The notes under the pieces were generated by a model that made no database searches, was not told where the DNA came from, and worked only from the letters and a program-made list of their open reading frames with translations. The position numbers and the translations under genes were made by a program. Below, piece by piece: positions 1 through 10,200 of a stretch of DNA of 64,000 nucleotides. How positions within the stretch are numbered: the first letter of the stretch is position 1; the number at the start of each line of letters is the position of its first letter. Source of the stretch: Elusimicrobiota bacterium (GTDB lineage: Bacteria > Elusimicrobiota > Elusimicrobia > UBA1565 > UBA9628); the NCBI GenBank assembly GCA_016212825.1, contig JACRDS010000026.1:31413-95412 (forward strand), in the 5' to 3' direction.

Positions 1-1
1 A

Positions 2-52
2 GACCTGGTGATCGCGCCCAAGGTCCTGCTGCAGTCGGAGCTCCTGCCATGA
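2..52 (+). CDS. 3' end of an upstream gene that is truncated by the window edge
   Basis: The open frame from position 2 reads ...DLVIAPKVLLQSELLP and stops at TGA 50-52. It overlaps the ATG of the next gene as ATGA. Confidence 0.3.
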   Translation, partial: DLVIAPKVLLQSELLP

Positions 53-1275
53 GACGGCTCCTGGCCCTGGCGTGGATCCTGGCCGCCCCTGCGGGCGCGG
101 TCGAGGTCGACACCCTCTTCAAGGCCCAGGTCCTGGGCGGCCAGTACTTCTTCTCGGGCCAGAAGTCCGACCTGGCCGGCAACGCCTCGGTTCTGGCGGC
201 GCCGGCCCTCAAGTTCGGCGAGGAGTTCGCGCTCCTGCCCGTGGCGCAGGCCTCCTACCAGGGCGCCAAGAGGATCGTGGACCTGGCCGGCGCCGGCACG
301 CTCTTCCAGGAGCAGATGGACTACCGCGCCGCGGCGCGGGCCGTCTGGGCCCCCCGGGATTCCCCGTGGCGCCTGAAGCCCTCCTTCACCTACAAGTACG
401 AGCTGCTCAAGGAGACCAAGGACGAAGACTGGGGCGGCGGGCTCTTCGACTATCAGAAGTGGTCTTTCGGGACCGAGGCCGAATACGTCTGGCGCGAGCC
501 CTTCTCCTGGCGCCTGGGGGTGGACTACTACGAGGTCAGCTTCCCGAACTACACCAGCCTGGAGTCCCAGGCCGCCCTGCAGTTCCAGGGCCAGAGCCTG
601 GCCCGGGAGCTGGTCGGCGACCATGTCCTCGACACCCAGAACGTGGGCGTGAGCCTGGCCCTCGACGGCCCCCTGCACGAGCGGGTGACCTGGGAAGGGT
701 CGGCGGCCGTCACCTACCGGCGCTTCCCGCGCCAGCGCGTGGTGGACTCGGTGGGGGGACTCACCGGCGACTCCCGCCAGGACGTCTATACCGCGGCCCG
801 GCTCGCGGCCCGCATGCCCGCGGAGCTCAACCGGGACCTGCGCGTGCTCGGCGCCCTGGAGCTGGGCTTCGCGTACAACGCTTCGGACCAGAACAGCTAC
901 GACGCTGCCGGCGTGCGCTACACCCCGTACTACTACAACTACGGGGAGTGGCGTCTGGAGCCGTCTCTCAAGTTCCTGGCCGGGCCGCAGGGGCCGGGGA
1001 CCCGCCCCATGGTTCTCGAGCTCACCGGCTCCTGGTGGCGCCGGCGCTATCCCTACCGGACCGCCCAGGACGCGGCCGGGGCCTACGGCAACGGCGGCCT
1101 GCACACGGCCGGCTGGTCAGTGGGGGCGAACCTGAGCTATCCCATGCTGAGGCGCTGGAGCCTCGTGCTCGACGCCCGGCTCGCCCGGACCTCGTCCAAC
1201 CAGGATTTCGAGCAGTTCTACCGCTACAACTATTCCTCGGCGAACTACCTCTTCGGGGTCAGCTACGAATACTAA
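49..1275 (+). CDS. Outer-membrane beta-barrel protein (hypothetical), encoded immediately upstream of the giant T9SS cargo gene
   Basis: N-terminal signal peptide MRRLLALAWILAAPAGA. Aromatic-rich alternating pattern. The C-terminus ends ...GVSYEY, the terminal-aromatic signature of OM barrels. 408 aa. Confidence 0.5.
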   Translation: MRRLLALAWILAAPAGAVEVDTLFKAQVLGGQYFFSGQKSDLAGNASVLAAPALKFGEEFALLPVAQASYQGAKRIVDLAGAGTLFQEQMDYRAAARAVWAPRDSPWRLKPSFTYKYELLKETKDEDWGGGLFDYQKWSFGTEAEYVWREPFSWRLGVDYYEVSFPNYTSLESQAALQFQGQSLARELVGDHVLDTQNVGVSLALDGPLHERVTWEGSAAVTYRRFPRQRVVDSVGGLTGDSRQDVYTAARLAARMPAELNRDLRVLGALELGFAYNASDQNSYDAAGVRYTPYYYNYGEWRLEPSLKFLAGPQGPGTRPMVLELTGSWWRRRYPYRTAQDAAGAYGNGGLHTAGWSVGANLSYPMLRRWSLVLDARLARTSSNQDFEQFYRYNYSSANYLFGVSYEY

Positions 1276-1276
1276 G

Positions 1277-4200
1277 ATCAAGCTGAGCGCGCTCCTGGCC
1301 GCGGCCTGCCTCTTCCTGGCGGGGGGGGCGGCGTCTGCCAGGACCTGGACCGGCGGCAACGGCGACGGGAACTGGTCCCAGCCGCCCAACTGGAACCCCA
1401 TCGGGGTCCCGATCATCGGCGACGACGTGATCATCGACATGAGCACCACCGTCTTCATCTCGGCCGGCGCCGCGATCCCGCCGCTGAATTCCCTGACCCT
1501 GGGCGACGCCGGGGGCAGCTTCGCGCCCACCCTCTGGCTCTCGACCGGGATCGCGGTCAGCGGGCCGGGCGGCGTGTCCCGCTTCTACGCCGGCGCGACC
1601 CTCCTCGCCGATACCTCCGCGCAGCTGACCTTCACGAACCTGGTGCTGGCCGCCGGCTCGAGCATCACCTACACCAGGCCCGGGGCGTCCGGCCCGCCGC
1701 CGGCCGGCTCCGGGGCCTTCATCAACCTGCGCATACTCGATACCCTGACCGTGCAGGCGGGCGCCACGATCACGGCGTACGGCCTGGGCTATCCCGCGGT
1801 GGGCGGCCCGCAGCCCGGCGCCACCGCCATCTACGGAGGCGGCGGGGGCGGACACGGCGCGGCCGGAGGCCTGGGCGGCCAGCCCGGGGCGGGCGGCGGC
1901 GTCGGCGGCCAGTCCTACGACGCCCTCATCACGCCCGGGGACTACGGCTCCGGCGGAGGCCTGGGCGCGAACATCCGCCCCGCCGCGGCGGGCGGCGGCT
2001 TCATCCTCATCGATGCCGGCAGCGCGACCATAGACGGCCTCATCACCGTCTCCGGCGCCGACGCCCCGGCGGCCGCGGACTGGGGGGGAGGGGGCGGCGC
2101 GGGCGGCGCGGTGCGCCTGCGCGCCGCCTACCTCTACGGGCAGGGCAGCATCCTGGCTGGCGGCGGGGCCGGCGGCTCCGGCGCGCTCGGCGGCGGCGGC
2201 GGCGGCGCGGGGGGCCGCATCGCCGTGGCCGTGACCGGGCCCTACGACACGCTGACCTCGACGCTGACCATCCGGCCCTGGGGCGGCGCGGGAGGCGGCG
2301 GTCCCGATCCCGGCGTGTGGGGCAGCACCGGGAGCGTGCACATGAACCCCGCGCACTGGACGGGAGGGGCCGGTCCCGCCTCCCCCAACGCCGTCTTCTT
2401 CGCCAACTGGTACGCCACCGCGCCGGCGGCGGGGGTCACGGTGGTGTTCGGCTCGTCGGGGACCACGGACTGCTTCTGGGACCTCCCCTTCACCGTGGTC
2501 ATGGGCAGCGTCGCCCTGCTCGCCGCCTATCCGAGCACGGTCACGATCGCCAATAACCTCGCCGTGTCGGGTTCCTGGACCATGGCCGGCGGGACCGTGG
2601 CCATGACCGGCGGCCTGAACCTCTTCGTCGGCGGGGACGTGGCCCAGTCCGGCGGGCGCTTCGCCATGCCCGCCGGGACCTTCGTCCTTTCCGGGAACAA
2701 CCCGCAGAACGCCTCCTTCACGCCGGACTCCTTCTTCAACAACTTCACGGCCAACGCGCCGCCCGCCGGGGTCGGGAACCTCAACCTGCTCTCCGACCTG
2801 GCCGTGCGCGGGAACATGGGGGTGGGCCTCAACAACACGCTGGTCCTGGGCGCGGGGCGGACCCTGCGCGTGGGGGGCAACTGGCCCTGGGTCGGCATGG
2901 GCCGCATCAGCGCCGACCCCGCCAGCCAGATCGTGGCCGACGGCAGCGCGGTCCAGATCTGGCAGACCCCTCCCAACGGGCTGGGGAGGCTCCGGGTCTC
3001 CAACACGGGCGGGGGCGTGAGCCTGGCCGCCGGGTCCTGGACGCTGGGCGGCCCCGGAGCGTCCAGCGAGCTGCTGGTCGACACCGCGGCGGTGCTGAGC
3101 ATCGCCGGCTCCAGCCTGAGCGTCTCCGGGGACTGGCTCAACTACGGCTCGGTGGACGTCTCCGCCAGCACCGTGGCGTTCATCTCCGCCGCCGCAGACC
3201 AGTACATCGTGGCGGGAGCCTCCTTCAACATCGTGGCGGTCAACAAGCCGGGACGGACCCTCTCCCTTTCCACGGAGGCCGTGGTGGCCAGCTCCGTGAG
3301 CGTCAACGGCGGGACCTTCGACCTGCTCTCCTCCACCATCACGGTCGGGGGGGACTGGCTCCAGACTCCGGCCGCCCTGGTGCGCGGGGGGGCGAGCACG
3401 GCGATCTTCAGGGGGACGCGCAGCCAGAGGCTGACCCTCCTGGCGGGCAGCTCGTTCTACAACCTCATCTCCTCGGCCAGCGGGTCGGCGGTCATCCTGT
3501 CGAGCCACCTGGTGGTGGCCAACCGGCTGGAGGTCGGCGGCGGCACCCTGCAGATCTCGAGCCGCACGGTCCTGGTCCTGGGGGACGTGGCGCAGGGCCT
3601 CGGCTCCACTGTGGTCAGCGGGGGCTCCACCGTCACCCTGGCGGGCGCCGCCCCCCAGAGCCTGGGCGCCTGGGCCCTGGACACCGTGGTCATAGACAAC
3701 AGCGACCCGGCCGGCGTGCGGCTGAGCACGGACCTGGTCGTGGGCTCCAGCTTCACCATCCTCTCCGGCCGCGCCTTCGACGCGGCGGACCGGCGCCTGA
3801 CCATGCGCGGCTCGGGCTGGCAGACGGCCGGCGCGGTCTACCTCTCCTCCAATCCGGCCCATGCCGTGCGCTGGGACCCCGCGGGCGGCACCCTGTGGGT
3901 GGCGGCCGGGAGCACGGTCAACGCCCGCGTGACGGTCTCCACCAACGCGACGGTGCGGCTCCTGGGGGACCTGGACCTGCGCGGCTTCGGCAACCTCCTC
4001 GACGTCCAGGCCGGCGCCAGCATCATCAACGCCGCGGGCGGCTCGTCCATCACCTTCCACGACACCGCGGACCTGGCGCCCTCGGCGGGCGTGAACTGGA
4101 CCTACGGCGGCAACGTCGGACAGTCCTGGCTCGTCTTCGAGGGGACGGGGTCGGCGCGCGGCGCCGCCATCTCCAGCAACACCCTGGGCAACCTCATGGT

Positions 4201-7200
4201 GCGGCTCTCCGGGGCGACCTCCACCTTCACCCATCCCGACCTGGCGCTCAGCAGCCACGTGGTGGTCGCCTCGGGCGTGTTCAAGCCGGCGGGGAACCGG
4301 ACGCTCACCCTCAAGGGGGACTTCCTGCAGACCGGCGGCACCATCGACTACGTCTCCGCGGGCACGGGGACGGTGCGTCTGGCCGGCTCCGGTCCGCAGG
4401 CCCAGCGGGTCTCCCTGGCCGCCGGGCACGCCCTGCAGGCCTTCACCCTGGCGGGGTCGACGCAGGTCACGGCCCTCTCGGACCTCAACATCCGGGGCGA
4501 CTTCCGCGTCCTGGGAGGCACCTTCGCGGCGGGCGCCAACATCCTGAGCGTGGGCGGCGCCTTCTACGCGCCTTCCTCCGCGGCCTTCCTGGCCCAGGGC
4601 AGCACCCTGACCCTGGACGGCGGCCGGAACATCCCCCCCGCGACCTTCCAGAGCCTGACCTACGCGGCCGGGCAGACGTTCCACGGCTTGAGCGTGGAGG
4701 TGTCGAGCGCCGCGTTCTCCGCGGGCTTCCAGGCCGACGCGTTCACGAGCCGCGTGGCGGGCAGCACCCTGGCCTTCGCCTCCGGAGCGACCTCCACCGT
4801 GGGCGACCTGCGCCTCTCCGGGAGCCCGGGCGGCGGCCGCATCATCCTGCGCCCCATCACCCCCGCCGTGCCCTGGCGCCTCGCCGTGCTGGCTTTCTCG
4901 AGCGCCTCCGCGGTGGACGTGTCGTCCTGCGACGCCTCAGTCGGCCTGACCGTGCAGGCCAACGACGGCAAGAGCCTGGATTCCGGCGGCAACAGCAACT
5001 GGAACTTCAAGCCCAGCCTCCGGGTCCTGCCGCCCGGCCCCCAGCAGGCCGGGACCCCCTTCGGCGTGGCCGTCCAGGCCGTGGATTCGTCGAGCAACCC
5101 GGTCGCGAGCGCCGCCTTCCCCGTGGCCCTGACCTGGACCGAGCTCTACGTCTCGACGCCGCCGCCCCAGAGCCTGGTCAACGGCGCCACGGTGTTCAGC
5201 AACGTGGTCCTGCGCACGGCCCAGACCACGACCATCTCCCCGCAGCCGGACGCCCAGGCCTATTCGGTCGCCGGGACCGCTGTCGCCGTCGGCCCCGGCC
5301 CGCTGGCGCGCCTGCAGCTGCTCCTGCCCGGGGAGAGCCCCCAGCCCGGCTCCTTCCCGGGCAAGGCGGGGCAGGTGGAGGTCATCGCCGCTGGTCAGCC
5401 CATCCTGGTGCGGGTGCGCGGCACCGACCCGTACTGGAACCTGGATCCCGTCGCGCCCGCCGACCTCGTGCAGGTCTCCACCACGGCCGCGCTGGCCTCC
5501 AACCTGCCCCAGAGCACGGCCCTCGCGGCGGGAGCCACGGCCTTCACGTCCGTGGTCTTCCTGTCCAGCGCCTCCGGGGTGACCCTGGCGGCCAGCGACC
5601 TGAGCAACGGCGCGGTCACGGGCGACGTCAGCACGGTCTTCTCCGTCTTCGCGGCCCAGTCCTCCTCGCCGACGCTCTCCATCTCCATCCCCGCCTACAG
5701 CCTGGTCCTGACCCTCGGCGGGGCCATCAGCGGGACGGCCGCGGACACGGTGGCCGTCTCCCGGGTGAGCGTCGCCGTGCAGCGCAAGGACAGCGGCCTG
5801 TTCTTCACCTGGATCCCGCCGGCCTTCGGCTCCGCTTCCCCGGTCTTCTCCACCGCCGCCGTCGTCCCCTACCTCGGCACTCCGGTCCAGTGGTCCCTGC
5901 CGTTCGCGGATGCCGCGCTCAGCGATCAGACCAGCTACTATGTCCTGGCCCGGGCGACCAACCCGAGCAGCAACCTGACCGTGGCGGAGAGCACCTTCAC
6001 CTTCTCCACGTCGACCCTGCAGGGCGGCTCGGCTGCAGACGGCGGGGGCGCGGCCGTGGCGCTGACCAGCGCGGCCTACGGCTGCCAGCTCCTGGTGAGC
6101 ACCGTGGTCTTCACGGCCGGGCCGCTGGGCATCTCCCCCGGCGGCGCCGTGGCGGTCCACTGGCCGGACGGCTGGACCCGGCCCCTGAGCACGGGCGCGG
6201 CCGACCCGCCGAGCGCTCCGGGCGTCCTCTTCGTGGGAGCGGCCGGATACTCCATCGATTTCAGCCCGCCGGCCGCGGGCAGCACGACGCTCGGGGACAA
6301 CTGGGTCGTCTGGCGCCCCGGGGCGGGCCTGGCGCCGGGGGCGAGCGTCGTGTTCAAGCTCCTGGGGCTTCCGCCGGCCGGCCTCTCCGGCTCCGCCGCG
6401 GGCTTCCAGGTCCTGACCCAGGGGGGGCCTCAGGGCCGGCTCAAGTCCATCGCCGCGCCTCCCGCGCTGCCCCTGCCCGCCGGACCCGCGGCGCGCGTGG
6501 TCTTCGAGCCTTCCGGGCCCCTGGCCCTGGGCCTTCTGCAGGACTCGGCCACCATGCAGGTGCGCGTGACGGATCTCTGCGGGGCGTCCACGGTCACCGT
6601 GGCCATGACCACCGTGTCTTTGGCCGCGGGGGCGCCCGGCAACCCCGACTACACCGCGCTCTTCTTCTCCACCGGCGGGACCGCCCTGGCCGGGCCGAGC
6701 CTGTACATCCCGGTCGGCCGGAGCTCCTCATCCGCGCAGTTCTACTACCGGACCTCGACCGCCGGGGTCTCCTCCGAGCTGCTCATGGCCTCTGCGGTGA
6801 GCCTGAGCACCGCGCTGGTCCCCGCGGCCCGGCCCGTGAGCCTGCTCCCGGCCGGCGCGGCCTTCACCGGGGTCTCGGTGGACACGGGCGTGGCCACCCC
6901 GGGACTCTCGACCGTCACGCTGGCCGCGGGCGCTTCGTCGGGGGCCGTGGTCGGCTTCACGCCGCCCGACCTCTCCCTGCGCTGGACCGTGACCATATCG
7001 ACGAGCCAGGCCGATCCCGTCCGCGCGGTGTTCCAGCGCTCCGGGACCGGCGACCCGGGGCGCTCCGTGGTCTGGACCGGCCTGGATGAGAGCGCCGCTC
7101 CGTCCCGCTGGGCCGCACCCGGCTCCTATGTCGTGCGCCTCTGCCTGGACGGCTGTGCCGTGGCGGACCGGTCCCTGAGGGTCGTCCTGTCCCCGGCGGC

Positions 7201-10200
7201 CTTCCTCTTCGGGACGGTGCGCTCGACCGGGGCCTACGCCGCGGTGCGGGCCTACGGCCCCGGGGCCTCCTACGGCAGCTTCGCCGCGGCCAGCGCCACG
7301 GGCTATTTCGAGCTCCGCGGCCTGCAGAACGGCGGCCTCTACACCGTCCAGGCCTCGACCACGGTCTCCTCCATGGGACAGTCCGTGCCCCTGAGCGTCT
7401 CCTCATCCGGCGTCACCGCCTCGGCCGCCGGCGTGGACATCGGGTCCATCCCCTCCCCCCCGCCGGCCCGGCTGCGCCCGGCCCTGCGCCGGCCCTGGGC
7501 CGCGCCCGGCGAGCTCTGGGGCTCGGTGCGGCTCCACGACGCCGGCTATGTGCGCACGGCTCTGGGGACCCTGCACTACTCTTCCGCGTCCATGAGCTCG
7601 GACGACGGCGCCCGGGCGTTCGGCGGGACCTCCAGCACCTGGACGGTGCTGGCCGCCCCGCCCGGAGTCTATGACGCCGAATTCAGCGTGCCCGGCGTCG
7701 GCCTCTCCACCCGGGTCGCGGGCCTCGCGCTGGCCGCGGGCACGCTCACCGACCTGCCCCTGAGCCTGGGGCGCAAGGCCGAGGTCTCCGGCTCCGTGGT
7801 CCTGCCGGCCACGACGACCTTCGGGGCCTGGGTGAGCGTGGAGGCCCGCCTGGCCGGGTCCAGCGTCCCGGCGGCCTTCGGCGGCGCCGCGGTCCCCTGC
7901 GCTTCCTGCGGGCCGGTCCCGGACCTCAAGAGCGCGGCCTACGCCCTCTACGGCCTCGACCCCGGGACCTGGACCTTCACCGCGCGCAGCCCGGGCCTCC
8001 TCGCGGCCTCGAGCACGGCCTATCTGGCGCAGGGCCAGGCCCTGGCGGGCCTGGACCTGGCGCTCTCCAGCGCGGGGGCGCTCTCCGGGTCCTTGACCGT
8101 GCGGGGCGACACCAGCGGTCTGGGCGGCAACTGCCCGGGCGGCGGCCCGGGCCTGTGCCTCCTCGCGGAGGCCTGGTCTCCGGCCACCTTCGCCGCGGCC
8201 TCGGCGCGCGTCGTCCTGAGCACGGGCCCGGCGCCCGCCGTCAGCACCTTCTCCATCGCGGGGCTCGCGGACGGGGAGTACCTGTTGACCGCGCGCCTGG
8301 GCGGCTACAACGACGCGCGCAGCAGCGCCTCCGTGGCGGGCGGGACGGGGACCGCAGCCCTGGTCCTGACGCGCGACGACGCGCATCTGGCCGTGGCCCT
8401 GCGCCTGCCCGGCGGGCCGCATCCGGTCTCCGACTTCCAGCGCGCGGCCCTGCTGCTGCGCCGCCCCGGCGCGGCGCCGCTGGTCATCCCGGACCTCACC
8501 GCGGGCACGACCGTGGACTTCCACCCGTCCAGCGCGGTCTGGCACTCACCGTCCCTGCCGCCCGGCGACTACCTCTGCGACGCCTTCTACGGCCGCACCG
8601 GGATGTGGGCCGGGGCCGGGGCGCTGCTGACCCAGGGCGCCACCGCGGTGCTGAGCCTGGACCTCTCCGCGGCCACCGCCTCCCTGCGCGGCCAGGTCTC
8701 CTGGGCCGGAGGCGTGAGCTTCGCCAGCGGCAGCTTCACGGTCAGCGTCTCTTCCCTCCCGGGCCTGGCCGCCTTCTCCCGCACCTCGCGCTACTGCCTC
8801 TTGGGCTCGACCGTGCCGGTCTCGGTCGCGGCCCTGCACCTGGAGCTGCTGCCGGTTCGGCCGCGCGCGGGAGTCCCGGCCGTTCTCTCCGGGCCGCTCT
8901 ATCCGGCCCCTTCCACGGGCTGCGCCGCGCTGGCCCTCTCGGACCCGGACGGAGGCCCCAACCCCGCGCACGGCTACGTGGCGGCCATCGCGCCGGACGG
9001 CTCCTTCCTGTTCAGCGACGTCCCCCCCGGGCAGTACCTGTTGCGCAGCAACGCGGAGCTCGACGACAATCCGGGCGACGGAGCCGAGCTGGCGGTCGCG
9101 GCGCAGAGAGTGGTCGTCAGCACGGGCAGCGCGCCCGTGGCGGTGCGCCTGGAGGCCGGCTCCGGGATATCCGGAGCGGTGGTCCTGCCGCCCCAGACCA
9201 GCGTCAGCCGCGGCTTCAGCGTGGTCCTGCGCGACGCCGCGGGGACCGCCCTGGGCGAGGCCATAGCGGACACGGGCGGCACGGGCCGCGCCCCCTACCT
9301 CTTCGACCGGGTGGCCGACGGCTCCTACCTCGTCACGGTCCAGGACCTGGGGACTCCGGCCGCTTACGCGGGCGCGGCGCGGGCCGTGCAGGTGGCGGGA
9401 CTGGCCTTGTCCGGCATCGACCTGCCCGTGTCCATGACCGGAGCCCTGCGCGGGCGCCTGGCCCTGGAGACCCAGCGTCCCGACGGCACCCGCGCCTTCG
9501 TCCTGCTCGGGCCCGGGGGCGAGGTCCTGCTGCCGGCGGATTTCCGCATCGAGGCGCACGCGGACCCCTGGTTCCCCGGCGGGTTCGGCGAAACGGCCGG
9601 GCTCGACGGCTCCGGGGCCTTCACGGTCTCGGGCCTGCTCCCCGGGATCTACGAGCTGCGCTTCCTCTCCGGCGACACGGCCGCCGGCGCGGCCTCCGGC
9701 GGGATCAGCCTGGCGCCGTCGCGCCTGCCGGGACTGGTCGTGGCGGGCGGCCGGACCACGGACGCCGGCACCGCGCGCCTGCTCTCCGGGGTGAACCTGC
9801 GCGGCCGGGTCGTCGACGCCGGGGGCGCGGGCATCGCCGGCGTGCCGGTGGCGGCCCGTCCCTCGTCCCAGCAGGGCGGCGGCGCGGCCGCGGCTTCGGC
9901 GTTGTCCGACTCCAGCGGGGCCTTCATCCTGGGAGGCCTCGACCCCCGGACCCGGTTCTACGACCTCACGGCCGCGGACCGGGGCCGCACCGCGCCCGGC
10001 GACTCCCTGGTCCCCTACCAGAGCGCCGCCCTCCTCGGGGTGGACCTGAGCTCCGCCCCCGCGCCGGTTCTGCGCCTGTCCCCCGCGCCCTATTCCATCC
10101 GGGGCCGGCTGGCGGCGCCGGCGGGAGGGCCGGCCCTGTCCTGGCCGTTCGGCTCCAGGGGCGTCTCGGCGCCGGGAGCGCTGGTCTCCCTGCAGCGCTA

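Noticed and set aside
1800-2300. Repetitive GGCGGCGGC/GGGGGCGG runs that could look like a tandem-repeat or CRISPR-like array
   Set aside because: They encode a Gly-rich beta-helix segment (GGGGGHGAAGGLGGQPGAGGG) inside the giant ORF. There are no regular repeat-spacer units and no cas genes in the window.
1259-4684. 1,141-aa minus-strand ORF antisense to the giant gene. The same pattern recurs at 3895..7089 (+), 8155..11616 (+), 8546..10630 (-) and 7403..8545 (-)
   Set aside because: These are high-GC artefacts. The products are Arg/Gly/Pro-rich low-complexity strings with no motifs. They lie in other frames or on the opposite strand of a well-supported 10.6 kb coding frame.
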